Shown one piece after another: positions 8,358-17,549 of a DNA stretch of 61,293 bases. The notes under the pieces were generated by a model, which saw only the letters and a list, made by a program, of their open reading frames with translations, ran no database searches and was not told the origin of the DNA. Source of the DNA: Candidatus Falkowbacteria bacterium CG10_big_fil_rev_8_21_14_0_10_39_11. Lineage in GTDB: Bacteria > Patescibacteriota > Patescibacteriia > UBA11705. Within the stretch, counting starts at the first letter, position 1. Every line of letters starts with the position of its first letter. The stretch is taken from positions 1-61,293 of the forward strand of contig PFAP01000031.1 in assembly GCA_002773615.1 (NCBI GenBank). Direction: 5' to 3'. The position numbers and the translations under genes were made by a program.

Positions 8358-9434
8358 ATGTCCAGTTCGATGAAGCTGTATCGTCTCGCGTCCTACGCTT
8401 TCCTGCTGGCGGTGTTCACCGCCGGCGGCGGACAGCGCTGCACGCCGGTCCCGACCGGACCACCGGTGGAGGACTGCCAGACCGACAGTGAATGCAGTGA
8501 GTTCAACCGCGTCTGCGGTCCGCAGGGGAACTGTATCCCCAGCGGCTGCAGTGACGACGACGGTTGCGCTGATCACGAGACGTGCTACCATGGCACCTGC
8601 TACCCGCAGGATGCGGCCTGGTGCGATACCGCCGACGATTGCTCGGACTACAATCCGTGTACCGTCGACGAGTGTACCCAGGACGGCAAGTGCATCTACA
8701 ATCGTCAGGAGCTGACCGGCGCCGTTTGCGGCTATGACTCGTTCTACGAAGATACGCGTGTGTGCTGGCTCGGTCAGTGTGTCCTGCCTCACGGCTTCTG
8801 CAACCCGTTGGCCGATCAGTCGGCCATCGAGGAGCAGTGCCAGGTTACCGGCGGCGACTCCGACTGGGGTTCGATCTGTATCCCGGACGGCCAGCAGAAG
8901 GGCGGTCGCGCTCTCGGCTGGTGCAATCAGTGCCTGCCGCAGACCGATCCCGAGACCGGCCTGGACATCGGTTGTCCGGCCGAAGCCCCGACTTGCCTGA
9001 CCGAAGAAGTTCCGTTCGTCAACAGCGAATGGACCCGCACGTGGTATTACTGTGGTCAGTCGAGTTGTGAGAGTGATACCGACTGCGCCGAGGGTCGTCG
9101 CTGCGAAGATGGCGCCTGCGTCGAGTACGAGCCCAGAACTTCCAACATCGCTTGCGGGCCGAATATGTATTGCCAGCCCTGCGACCTCGACAGCGAGTGC
9201 CAGGGCTTCGGATACTGCACCGGTCCCTACAACGATGACCCGAGCTGTACCAGCTACGGTATCTGCGATACCTGGGAAGCCCAGACCGTAATCCTCCCGA
9301 CCGGCCGTTGCAACCACAACATCGGCACCTGCATCATGGAGGTGTCACTGGTAGCCGATACCTGCAACGATGGCGACGCTACCACCTGGGACCACTGCGT
9401 TCCGGGAGACGGTTGCGCCAACGATCCCACCTAG
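8358..9434 (+). CDS. GC-rich, cysteine-rich (~41 Cys) secreted protein with C-x-D-x-N-x-C-T-x-D-x-C-type repeats
   Basis: Strong SD site and signal peptide (LASYAFLLAVFTAGG). Repeats include CSDYNPCTVDECTQDGKC, DTDCAEGRRCEDGAC and CNDGDATTWDHCVPGDGC. Composition is far above the flanks. Confidence 0.75.
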   Translation: MSSSMKLYRLASYAFLLAVFTAGGGQRCTPVPTGPPVEDCQTDSECSEFNRVCGPQGNCIPSGCSDDDGCADHETCYHGTCYPQDAAWCDTADDCSDYNPCTVDECTQDGKCIYNRQELTGAVCGYDSFYEDTRVCWLGQCVLPHGFCNPLADQSAIEEQCQVTGGDSDWGSICIPDGQQKGGRALGWCNQCLPQTDPETGLDIGCPAEAPTCLTEEVPFVNSEWTRTWYYCGQSSCESDTDCAEGRRCEDGACVEYEPRTSNIACGPNMYCQPCDLDSECQGFGYCTGPYNDDPSCTSYGICDTWEAQTVILPTGRCNHNIGTCIMEVSLVADTCNDGDATTWDHCVPGDGCANDPT

Positions 9435-9522
9435 GCGCAAACCTGCGCCAATCAATTCCCCAAAAGTTCATCGTAACTTTTCTTGACCGACCTATCAAAG
9501 TAGGCGGTTTTTGTTTTGCGTG

Positions 9523-9588
9523 GGAGGTGTTTCACACCTCATTCCGGCACCGCCTGGCGGTGCCGGAATGGTGGGCTACGCCCACCCC
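9523..9588. repeat. Cluster of three consecutive GC-rich hairpins (REP/BIME-like)
   Basis: GGAGGTGttcaCACCTC; ATTCCGGCACCGCCtgGCGGTGCCGGAAT; GGTGGGCtacGCCCACC. Confidence 0.7.
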
Positions 9589-9606
9589 ATGCAAACAAAA
9601 AACTCA

Positions 9607-10200
9607 TCATGTTTTTGATGAGTCGATCAATTTTCTTCTAAGATAAAGAGTCAAAGGCTTAGTTTTAGACGGCGGTAATTTATTGGCCAAATGATAAATC
9701 TCTTCAAGTTTACCAATAATTGTTTTCTTTGTTTTTACGTTGAAAGGCTGTATTTGTTCAAAGGATTCGTTAAGTTGATTTAGCCAAATCGCAGCTTTAA
9801 AATCATCAACTTTCCACCGACCATTGTGATCATTATGATTAAATTTTAATTTTGCTTGGCCCAGGAAATATCTAGTTTTTTCCAAAGCATAATCAAACCA
9901 TTTATTGTCGGTGGCTGGGAATTTGTTTTTTTCCAAGAGATTGATCAATACTTGAATTTTTTCGGTCGTAACATTTCTGGGCCAGAATCTGGACAAAGAC
10001 ACAAAGGCATTAAGTTTTCTCAAAACTTCAGCATGATCAAGAAAATTGATATTTCTGATGCTTTGGATCAACTGCAAGACCCAGTTGTACGCTTGGACAT
10101 CTTGGCTTAGAAAGGGCAGTTGGTTTGAGTCTTTCTTACAATCACGCATTTTTTTTAGGTGTTCAATCAGTCTGTCAAGCGAATATTCATACCACTTCAT
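9607..10200 (-). CDS. Hypothetical protein
   Basis: Track ORF with no recognisable motif. A hairpin terminator lies at about 9597-9625. Confidence 0.55.
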   Translation of the reverse strand: MKWYEYSLDRLIEHLKKMRDCKKDSNQLPFLSQDVQAYNWVLQLIQSIRNINFLDHAEVLRKLNAFVSLSRFWPRNVTTEKIQVLINLLEKNKFPATDNKWFDYALEKTRYFLGQAKLKFNHNDHNGRWKVDDFKAAIWLNQLNESFEQIQPFNVKTKKTIIGKLEEIYHLANKLPPSKTKPLTLYLRRKLIDSSKT

Positions 10201-10295
10201 TTTTGCTCCTTTGTTGAGGTCTCAACGTCTGAGTATATTTTGTTTATAAAAAAAGTCAACCAGATAAAAAAAACTATCCGCGGTTCACGAATAGT

Positions 10296-10787
10296 TTATA
10301 ATTTTTCTTCGTGGTGGTATTCGTAATAAAAATTCTCACTATTGTCCCTGGCGTGAAGTTCAACGTCTATAAAGTAGCCTTTGGGCGACCAGTACTCGAC
10401 CACTTCCGCAATAATATCAAGAAAGGTTTTATGATCGAACAAAATACGCCATTCCGCTGGGTATTTATTGTATTGTTCCTCGTAGACCAAAATCGAACGA
10501 GAGGGAAGTTTATGTTTACGGCCGAGTGTATATTTGTATTCACTAAATTCCCAGGTGGCGTGAAGTTTGACTTTGCGGAAAAATCCGATTGGAGCCCAAA
10601 GCAAAATAATGCACAGGACAATTTCATACGGTGTCATGTTGTGAAAGATCGTGTGCCATGCTTCATGTATTTCTCTTGGTACAATCCGAATGTTGCCTCG
10701 CCGATGCTCATCATTGATGATGCATCGAGAGCTCGGCACCATATGGTGCCTGGTTTTTTGAGTCGGCGTCGCAGCTTTGCTGGCCAA
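10296..10787 (-). CDS. HNH-like small nuclease domain protein with a C-terminal extension
   Basis: N-terminal RHHMVPSSR...N.RIVPREIHEAWHTIFHN resembles short HNH proteins of the form HH..P.S......N....H..H.LF. Confidence 0.5.
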   Translation of the reverse strand: MASKAATPTQKTRHHMVPSSRCIINDEHRRGNIRIVPREIHEAWHTIFHNMTPYEIVLCIILLWAPIGFFRKVKLHATWEFSEYKYTLGRKHKLPSRSILVYEEQYNKYPAEWRILFDHKTFLDIIAEVVEYWSPKGYFIDVELHARDNSENFYYEYHHEEKL

Positions 10788-10889
10788 TGGTGCCTCCTAT
10801 GTGAAGTTTTCTTTCCAGCAAAACATTAGCTCTATATTAATTTTATAATAGGTCAGACAAAAATCAAAATTAACCGGCTGTGTGTAAAT

Positions 10890-11543
10890 TTATAGCTTAA
10901 ATTTTAAGTAGTTGATTTTATCACCCTTGGCGCGGTGAATTTTTTCATAAGTTGTTTTAATGGCCAATATTTCTGGTAGATTAACAAAGTGATCAATGTC
11001 TTTTATCAGCAGCTGAATTTTCCCGTGAACCTCATCAATTGCTTCAATCGCTTTATCTATCAGTAATTCACTATCTGTTTTTAAGTGGATAGTATGATTA
11101 GGCTTTAATAATTTTTTGTACAGTTGTAAAAAGTGAGGTGAAATCAATCTTTTGTGGCCACGTTTATCTTTGGGGTGGGGGTCGGGGAAAGTTATCCAGA
11201 TTTCATCAATTGATTCTGGTTTGAAAAATTTTTCCAGAAATTCAACTTTTGCTCTCAAAAATAAAATATTTTTTAGTTTATTTTCTTTAATTTTTTCGGC
11301 TCCATACCAGAGTCTTTCTCCTTGATAGTCAATGCCAATAATTTGTTTTTTGGAATAAAGTTTAGCTAGGGCTACAGAATATTCACCCTTGCCACACGCC
11401 ACCTCCAGGATGGTTTCTTTTTTTGAATTCAAAAATTTCTTGAGCTTTTGGGGAGCACCAGAGTCAGTGTGTTCAATTACAGTTTTCATTTGATTCACTT
11501 GGATGAATTTTTGTAGCTTTGTTCTTGGTGACATAAAGTCCAT
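10890..11543 (-). CDS. trmB: tRNA (guanine-N7)-methyltransferase
   Basis: SAM-binding LEVACGKGEYS, IGIDYQ, and the family signature FPDPHPKDKRGHKRL. Confidence 0.8.
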   Translation of the reverse strand: MDFMSPRTKLQKFIQVNQMKTVIEHTDSGAPQKLKKFLNSKKETILEVACGKGEYSVALAKLYSKKQIIGIDYQGERLWYGAEKIKENKLKNILFLRAKVEFLEKFFKPESIDEIWITFPDPHPKDKRGHKRLISPHFLQLYKKLLKPNHTIHLKTDSELLIDKAIEAIDEVHGKIQLLIKDIDHFVNLPEILAIKTTYEKIHRAKGDKINYLKFKL

Positions 11544-11762
11544 TTGTCACAATATGGGATTTTGATTTTCTATTTAAGATGGAGTTATCCCCACCATGAT
11601 TGTTTATTGTTATTTTCTCTTATCTGTTTATGATTTATGGCTCTGCCGTCATTTTTGCCGGTTGAAGTTTTAGCCTAGACTGGGATTAAGGCAGAATGTT
11701 CTGATACTTTTATGTTTTCATGCTTTCATGATATAATAAAACCAACAAAAAGAAAAACAAAT

Positions 11763-13469
11763 ATGATTCTTGATAATATTTTTTATCAAATTAGTTTATT
11801 ATTAGGCATAGTAACCGCTATTTCTTTTGTCGTCCATTTGTTGCGTCAGCCTCTGATAATTTCTTATATTATTACTGGTATTGTTAGTGGGCCGGTTTTG
11901 CTTAATATTATTGATTCCAATCAGGGTTTTTATGAGGCCTTTTCTGAATTTGGCGTTGTCTTGTTGTTGTTCGTCGTTGGGTTGAGTCTTAATTTTTCTT
12001 ATCTCAGACAAATTGGTCGAGTTGCCGTCACCGCCGGTGTGGCTCAGGTCTTTTTTACGTCCAGTCTTGGTCTTTTGATTTTACTGAATTTTGGTTTTAG
12101 TTTTATTTCCGCTGCCTATTTGGCGATTGCGATTACATTCTCGAGTACCATTATTATCATCAAGCTTCTTTCTGATAAAAGAGAGATGGAGTCTCTCTAT
12201 GGTCGGTATACCATTGGTTTGATGTTGGTGCAGGATGTGATTGCAATTTTTTTATTGCTTTTTATTCCTTTAGTTTCCTCCGACACGCCATTCCTTACTA
12301 CTTTGGGTGTTTGGCTTATAAAAGGAATTATTTTGTTTTCAGTTGTAGCCAGTCTATCAAAATTTGTTTTACCTAGGCTACTCAAACGAATCGCCAAATC
12401 CAGTGAATTCTTATTTATTTTTACAGTTGGTTGGTGTTTTGGTGTCGCCAGTTTGGCTCACTGGGGCGGTTTTTCACTTGAGGTCGGCGCTCTAATGGCC
12501 GGATTGTCCCTGGGGTCAACGCCGTATCATTTCGAAATCAGTAGTCGTATCAAACCGCTCAGAGATTTTTTTATCATGATTTTCTTTATTATTCTAGGCT
12601 CCCAAATGAACTTATCTGATTTGGGTGGAGTGATCGTTCCTGGTCTGGTGATATCAATGTTCGTTTTGATTGGTAATCCATTTATTCTTTACATCTTATA
12701 TCGATTGCAACATTTTACTCGCCGCAACAGTTTTCTCGCTGGTATCACCGCAGCTCAAGTGAGTGAGTTCGGTTTTGTTTTACTTTTTGTTGGTGAAAGA
12801 TTGGGGCATGTCTCAGATAAACAATTGGCCACTTATACGGTAGTCGCTTTGGTTACGATTTTTATCTCGTCATATTTGATTACATACAACAAGAAGATTT
12901 GGACAATTTTTCAGCCGGTCTTTGCTAAGTTTGGCAAAGATCATGCCCACCATCAAGACGAAGAGGTTGTTGAATTTGATGCTTGGGTTTTCGGCTATCA
13001 TCGGATGGGCTGGAAAATTGTTGAAACGCTCAAACAAGAAAAAATGACCTATGCCATTGTGGACTTTAACCCTGAGTATGTCCGTAAATTGAAAAATCGG
13101 GGAGAAGCTGCCTATTTTGGTGACACGGCCGATGTTGAATTTTTGGAAGAGTTACCGCTGCACAATGCTAAGTTGGTGATAATGACCATGCCAGATCCCA
13201 GTGATCAGATAACCGCTATTCAATTCTTACGCAAACATGATCCAAAAAAGAAAATGATTATCATTGGCACCCTAAACCATGCCAGCCACATTGATGACCT
13301 CTATCGCGCTGGTGCCAGCTATGTGATGATGCCGCATTTGCTCAGTGGTTTTTGGATGTCATCTGTGATCAAAAAACAAAAACTTATCAAGTCGACTTTT
13401 GATAAACTTAGACGCGAGCAACTTCAGGAATTAAACGAGCGTATTAAAATAGCCCAATCTTCAAGTTAG
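11763..13469 (+). CDS. CPA2 (Kef-type) monovalent cation:proton antiporter with a C-terminal RCK/TrkA-N-like domain
   Basis: About 12 TM segments typical of Kef/CPA2. C-terminal VDFNPEYVRKLKNRGEAAYFGDTADVEFLEEL. I chose the ATG at 11763 (MILDNIF) over the track start at 11712. Confidence 0.75.
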   Translation: MILDNIFYQISLLLGIVTAISFVVHLLRQPLIISYIITGIVSGPVLLNIIDSNQGFYEAFSEFGVVLLLFVVGLSLNFSYLRQIGRVAVTAGVAQVFFTSSLGLLILLNFGFSFISAAYLAIAITFSSTIIIIKLLSDKREMESLYGRYTIGLMLVQDVIAIFLLLFIPLVSSDTPFLTTLGVWLIKGIILFSVVASLSKFVLPRLLKRIAKSSEFLFIFTVGWCFGVASLAHWGGFSLEVGALMAGLSLGSTPYHFEISSRIKPLRDFFIMIFFIILGSQMNLSDLGGVIVPGLVISMFVLIGNPFILYILYRLQHFTRRNSFLAGITAAQVSEFGFVLLFVGERLGHVSDKQLATYTVVALVTIFISSYLITYNKKIWTIFQPVFAKFGKDHAHHQDEEVVEFDAWVFGYHRMGWKIVETLKQEKMTYAIVDFNPEYVRKLKNRGEAAYFGDTADVEFLEELPLHNAKLVIMTMPDPSDQITAIQFLRKHDPKKKMIIIGTLNHASHIDDLYRAGASYVMMPHLLSGFWMSSVIKKQKLIKSTFDKLRREQLQELNERIKIAQSSS

Positions 13470-13494
13470 TCCTGATATTTTCAGGACTTTTTTG
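13470..13494 (+). terminator. Intrinsic terminator
   Basis: GTCCTGA-tattt-TCAGGAC followed by TTTTTT. Confidence 0.7.
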
Positions 13495-13583
13495 TCCTTA
13501 AACATCCTTGTTTTTCTTTTCTCCCGCATCCTTACTCTATTCACACAACCCTTAATTCCTTCCCACGGACAACTGGCTCCGAA

Positions 13584-13662
13584 TTACGTCTTACGAATTA
13601 CGCTTTACCAATTACTATATACTATTTATTAATTACTCTTTACCAATTACTAACTCACCCAT
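13584..13662 (+). promoter_or_regulatory. Heptad-phased TTAC array / SD-less leader
   Basis: TTAC (or a one-mismatch variant) starts at 13584, 13591, 13598, 13605, 13612, 13619, 13626, 13633, 13640 and 13647, exactly 7 nt apart. Confidence 0.5.
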
Positions 13663-13854
13663 ATGCCAAACATCAAAGCGTTCAAACAATTTGTCCGTGA
13701 AGAGCAGCACTACCCAGCTGGCAAATCTGATATTATTTCTAGTTGTACATATGCTGACAAGCTGACCGGTGATGATTGCACATGGCTAGAAACCAACTTG
13801 CCAGACAAAATTTATTACTCTGCTGATGAAATTCTCAAATCATTGACTTGGTAA
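13663..13854 (+). CDS. Small DUF2795-like protein
   Basis: 63 aa. The pattern ..YPAGKSDIISSC......D..WLE.NLPDKIYYSADEILKSL resembles DUF2795. Confidence 0.5.
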   Translation: MPNIKAFKQFVREEQHYPAGKSDIISSCTYADKLTGDDCTWLETNLPDKIYYSADEILKSLTW

Positions 13855-13911
13855 AATTGACAATGGAGCCAAGATCTTGTAAGTTTGAGTATCACCACCA
13901 AAGGAGAATAC

Positions 13912-14577
13912 ATGCAGTCGAAAACTGACAATATTAAACAGGTTGAAGATTATGTCAAAAGCATCATGCTTGTTGAGGTTGCTCATGACTTTAAACATGT
14001 TGACCGTGTCAGAAAATGGGCTTTACGTCTTGCGAAAAATGAAGGTTTTCAAGACCTGGAAAGTGTTGAAATTGCCTCTTTGATGCATGATATTGGTCTG
14101 TCACAAGCTCAGAGTCGAAGTATGCATGGTGAAGTCGGCGCCAATATGGCGGTGAATTTTTTATCGGAAAAAACCACACTTTCGCCACAAAGAATTGATG
14201 AAGTCGCGAATGCCATTAGGTTCCACAACTCTCATCGTGGTGGCAACGGAATCTTGTTGGCAATTTTACGTGACGCTGATATGTTAGACTTATTTGGCGC
14301 CGTTGGATTGATGAGAGCTTTGACATCAAAATATTCAAAGCTAGATTATGACCCAGAAAATATCAAGGGTGAAACCTGGCAGATGACATCATGTGATTTT
14401 GACCAGCGTTTTGCTTCTGGAGTTGGAATTGGTAATTATATTGTCGATCAGATCAATTTTCAGCTAAGTTGTGACTACAATTTGAATACAGAAACTGCGA
14501 AGCAATTAGCCAGGCCGATGATAGAATTTATGCGTCATTTTGTGCAGCAGCTAGAAGTCGAGGTTGCATCTGATTGA
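13912..14577 (+). CDS. HD-domain metal-dependent phosphohydrolase
   Basis: AHDFKHVDRV and LMHDIG motifs. ATG at 13912 is preceded by aaggag. Confidence 0.7.
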   Translation: MQSKTDNIKQVEDYVKSIMLVEVAHDFKHVDRVRKWALRLAKNEGFQDLESVEIASLMHDIGLSQAQSRSMHGEVGANMAVNFLSEKTTLSPQRIDEVANAIRFHNSHRGGNGILLAILRDADMLDLFGAVGLMRALTSKYSKLDYDPENIKGETWQMTSCDFDQRFASGVGIGNYIVDQINFQLSCDYNLNTETAKQLARPMIEFMRHFVQQLEVEVASD

Positions 14578-14697
14578 GTTGCCTCTTTCTTGATGACCAC
14601 AGGGCATTAAAAGGCGTTGGCCAAAGTGCTGCTCCTTCCCAAGAGCTTATTTATTATTCGAGATCTGGTCAAAGAATTCATTTTTAAGGATTAATTC

Positions 14698-14722
14698 ATC
14701 AGCTTAAATAAGCTGATTTTTT
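14698..14722 (+). terminator. Intrinsic terminator
   Basis: ATCAGCTT-aaat-AAGCTGAT followed by TTTTT. Confidence 0.7.
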
Positions 14723-14724
14723 GC

Positions 14725-14753
14725 TTGCAGAAATTTTATTTATCTGATATACT
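14725..14753 (+). promoter_or_regulatory. Extended -10 promoter (TTGCAG-17-TGaTATACT) for rpsB-tsf
   Basis: Read directly. It leaves a leader of about 220 nt before the rpsB ATG. Confidence 0.5.
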
Positions 14754-14981
14754 TTGAATATTCTCAATTTATTAATAGAAATCACATACTTTCTTTGGCT
14801 GATTTAAGCCAAAAATTACTGATTCCTGCTTGCTAATTTTAGTGAGTTATCAGTGATATTGAGAGAGTATAGGTCATGTGTTGCTAATTGCTAAGATTAC
14901 GGAAATTACTTAGACATATGTTAATTTGTCTTTGTAAAATTTGTAACCTTTGGTAGTTTTGTAACCCATTATTAAGGAAAT

Positions 14982-15737
14982 ATGCCAAAAATTCCGTCAC
15001 TTGAGGCAATGATGAAAGCCGGTGTTCACTTTGGTCATCCAAAAGCAAAATGGCACCCAAAGATGGCTCCCTTCATATTTACTCACAAAAACAAGGTTCA
15101 CATTATAAACCTTGAACAAACCCAAGTACAATTGGAAAAAGTTTTAGGTTTCATCAAAGAAACTGCCGCTCGCGGTGGTGTTATTTTATTTTTAGGCACA
15201 AAAAAACAAGCTCAAGGTATTGTCAAGGAGGCCGCCACTAAGTGTGGTATGCCTTATATTACCGAGCGTTGGCTTGGTGGCACACTGACCAACTCACGTT
15301 CTGTTTTGGCTTTGGCCCAAAAATATAAACGCATGAAAACTGAGCGCGACAAAGGATTACTGGAGCGTTATACCAAGCGTGAGCGTCTAAAATATGAAAG
15401 AAAGATCGATAAGTTAGAGCCACTTGTAGGTGGTATTGAGGATATGAAAAAGATCCCGGATGCGGTGTTTGTAGTTGACGTCAAAAATGAAAAGACTGCT
15501 GTCGTTGAAGCTAACAAGGTTAACGTACCGGTTGCCGCTTTATGTGATACCAACATTAACCCCAGTCGAATCGCCTATCCCATTCCAGCTAATGATGATG
15601 CTATCAAATCAATCAAATTATTGACAGATTTGGTGGCTGAGGCTGTATTAGAAGGAAAGGCCTCTGCCAAGGCTCCCAGTACTGTCACTCCAGCCGCAAA
15701 ACCGGTTGAAAAGGCAGCAGCACCAGTACAACAATAA
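14982..15737 (+). CDS. rpsB: 30S ribosomal protein S2
   Basis: MLKAGVHFGH-type N-terminus (MMKAGVHFGHPKAKWHPKM), ERWLGGTLTN, and canonical rpsB-tsf order. Confidence 0.95.
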   Translation: MPKIPSLEAMMKAGVHFGHPKAKWHPKMAPFIFTHKNKVHIINLEQTQVQLEKVLGFIKETAARGGVILFLGTKKQAQGIVKEAATKCGMPYITERWLGGTLTNSRSVLALAQKYKRMKTERDKGLLERYTKRERLKYERKIDKLEPLVGGIEDMKKIPDAVFVVDVKNEKTAVVEANKVNVPVAALCDTNINPSRIAYPIPANDDAIKSIKLLTDLVAEAVLEGKASAKAPSTVTPAAKPVEKAAAPVQQ

Positions 15738-15821
15738 TATTATCTCAAATTAAAGAGAGTTAGTTGCAGTTAATGAATTAAATTCTAATTTATTAATTCG
15801 CTAATTTTCTAAAATAGTCCT

Positions 15822-16607
15822 ATGGCCATTGACACACAAACAATTATAAAATTACGTCAAATGACAGGTGCCGGTATGGTTGATTGTAAGAAAGCACTTG
15901 TGGCAGCTGAAGGAGATCTTGATAAAGCGATCGAAATTCTTCGTAAAAATGGTGAAGCCAAGGCGGCCAAGAAAGCTGAGCGAGAAACCAACGAAGGTAT
16001 TATTACTTTAGCTGAATCAGACGGTAAGGTTGCTTACGTTGCTCTAAAAAGTGAAACCGATTTTGTCGCTCGTAATGAAGATTTTATTGCTGCCGGCAAA
16101 GAACTGGCTGAAAAACTTTTGACCGTGAGCGAAGAAGAATTCAAAACTCTTGCTGAGACCAAGATCAAAAATGAACTGGTCGTAAAGATTGGCGAAAATA
16201 TCCAATTGGGTGATTATGGTGTGGTTTCAGATAAAGTGGTCGGTGCCTATTTACACTCCAACAAAAAAGTTGCCGCCATTGTCACATTATCTGCTGGTAC
16301 CAAGGATGTCGCAGTTGATGTTGGCATGCAAATAGTTGCCATGAGTCCAGAATATCTAAAGCCGGAAAATGTTCCAGCCGAAGTTGTCGACAAAGAAAAA
16401 GAAATCGCAACTGAGCAATTGAAAAAAGAAGGCAAACCAGCCGAGATTATTGAAAAAATCATTGGCGGTAAAATCACTAAATATTATCAAGAAGCTTGTT
16501 TGACCAAACAGATGTTTATCAAGGATGACAAAGTTTCCGTGGAGGACTACGTTAAATCTGCTGCCGACGGTGCTGAAATTACTTCATTTATCAAAATTGA
16601 ATTGTAA
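15822..16607 (+). CDS. tsf: Translation elongation factor Ts
   Basis: UBA-like N-terminus IKLRQMTGAGMVDCKKALVAAEGDLDKAIEILRK. It lies downstream of rpsB. Confidence 0.95.
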   Translation: MAIDTQTIIKLRQMTGAGMVDCKKALVAAEGDLDKAIEILRKNGEAKAAKKAERETNEGIITLAESDGKVAYVALKSETDFVARNEDFIAAGKELAEKLLTVSEEEFKTLAETKIKNELVVKIGENIQLGDYGVVSDKVVGAYLHSNKKVAAIVTLSAGTKDVAVDVGMQIVAMSPEYLKPENVPAEVVDKEKEIATEQLKKEGKPAEIIEKIIGGKITKYYQEACLTKQMFIKDDKVSVEDYVKSAADGAEITSFIKIEL

Positions 16608-16641
16608 TTTTTCTCCAAACTAAACACTACAAGCTAAACGC

Positions 16642-17445
16642 ATGAATATATACGAAGTACAAACAAAACCTTGGGACACAATCTTGTGTATTGAATTAGA
16701 GGCTGATTTGGCCCTGGGTAGTTATGTCTGTATTGAAAATGAACTGGGGCGGGATTTGGCCAAAATTATAACTAAAAATTCTGTCACCAAGGACAATCTG
16801 GCTACCGGTGATCATACCGTAGTCAAATTTGTTGACTCTGCTAGTCGAGAAGATATTGAACATGCTTTGGAGCTCAAGAAGAAAAACAAAAAAGCTTTAT
16901 CAGACTGCAAAGCTTTTGTCAAAAAGCACAACCTGCCCATGAAATTGGTAGACGTGCATTTTTCTTTTGATGACAAGCGTTTGACTTATGCTTTTATTTC
17001 CAATGGGCGCGTTGATTTTCGTCACCTGCTCCGCGATTTGGTCAAAATGTACAAATTGAACATTCGATTGCAACAAATTGGTATTCGTGATGAGATCAAG
17101 ATCAATGGAGATCTTGGTTGTTGTGGCGAAGCCCTATGTTGTCAGGATTTTCTTCGAGATTTGGGCAATGTTTCTTCAGATTTGGCCGATTTACAGCAAA
17201 TTTCACACCGCGGTTCAGATCGACTCAGTGGAGTTTGTGGTCGGCTCAAGTGTTGTCTCAATTATGAAAAAGAATGTTATCAGGACTGTGCCAAATGTTT
17301 ACCCGCAGTCGGGACCAAGGTTCGAACGGACTCTGGTCGGGGCAAGGTGATTGGTTGGCATACGCTCAAAAAGTCAGTCGATGTTAGATTGGATGAAGGG
17401 GACACTATTATTGAAGTCCCCATCAAAAATGATCCGAAAAAGTAA
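16642..17445 (+). CDS. PSP1 C-terminal domain protein (YaaT/RicT-like)
   Basis: KLVDVHFSFDDKRLTYAFISNGRVDFRHLLRDL...RLQQIGIRD, then a Cys cluster GCCGEALCCQDFL...CGRLKCCLNYE. Confidence 0.8.
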   Translation: MNIYEVQTKPWDTILCIELEADLALGSYVCIENELGRDLAKIITKNSVTKDNLATGDHTVVKFVDSASREDIEHALELKKKNKKALSDCKAFVKKHNLPMKLVDVHFSFDDKRLTYAFISNGRVDFRHLLRDLVKMYKLNIRLQQIGIRDEIKINGDLGCCGEALCCQDFLRDLGNVSSDLADLQQISHRGSDRLSGVCGRLKCCLNYEKECYQDCAKCLPAVGTKVRTDSGRGKVIGWHTLKKSVDVRLDEGDTIIEVPIKNDPKK

Positions 17446-17460
17446 ACTTTACATACAAAG

Positions 17461-17495
17461 ATCGTCTCCAGCCAGTCTGGGGGCGATTTTTTTTG
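17461..17495 (+). terminator. Intrinsic terminator
   Basis: An 11-bp stem AUCGUCUCCAG / CUGGGGGCGAU (two G-U pairs) followed by T8. Confidence 0.7.
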
Positions 17496-17520
17496 AGCTA
17501 TTTTATGTGAACGGATTGAT

Positions 17521-17549
17521 TTGCGAAAATAAGCAAAAAGCTATATAAT
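17521..17549 (+). promoter_or_regulatory. Sigma70-type promoter TTGCGA-17-TATAAT for pheS
   Basis: Read directly. It leaves a leader of about 180 nt containing two stem-loops. Confidence 0.55.

Noticed and set aside
8328-9317. A 329-aa minus-strand ORF and several 75-112-aa ORFs lie inside the GC-rich island.
   Set aside because: Long stop-free antisense frames are expected in GC-rich DNA. This one has no SD site or promoter, and its product is low-complexity and Ala/Gly/Arg/Val-rich. The plus-strand ORF has a promoter, an SD site, a signal peptide and ordered Cys repeats.
8272-9588. Are the GC-rich islands chimeric assembly or contamination?
   Set aside because: This cannot be excluded without reads. 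However, both islands are single genes fitted exactly between AT-rich host-type promoter/SD signals and terminators, with the backbone resuming on both sides. A chimera would not normally produce that, so I kept it as a finding with a read-mapping check.
10311-10829. A 172-aa plus-strand ORF overlaps the HNH-like gene.
   Set aside because: It has no SD site or promoter and no recognisable motif. The minus-strand frame carries the HNH-like motif and fits the same-strand neighbours.
14955-14967. The 13-mer GTAGTTTTGTAAC occurs upstream of both rpsB and the degenerate RAYT gene (57929-57941).
   Set aside because: A single 13-nt AT-rich match between two sites in 61 kb is within chance expectation, and no flanking similarity exists.
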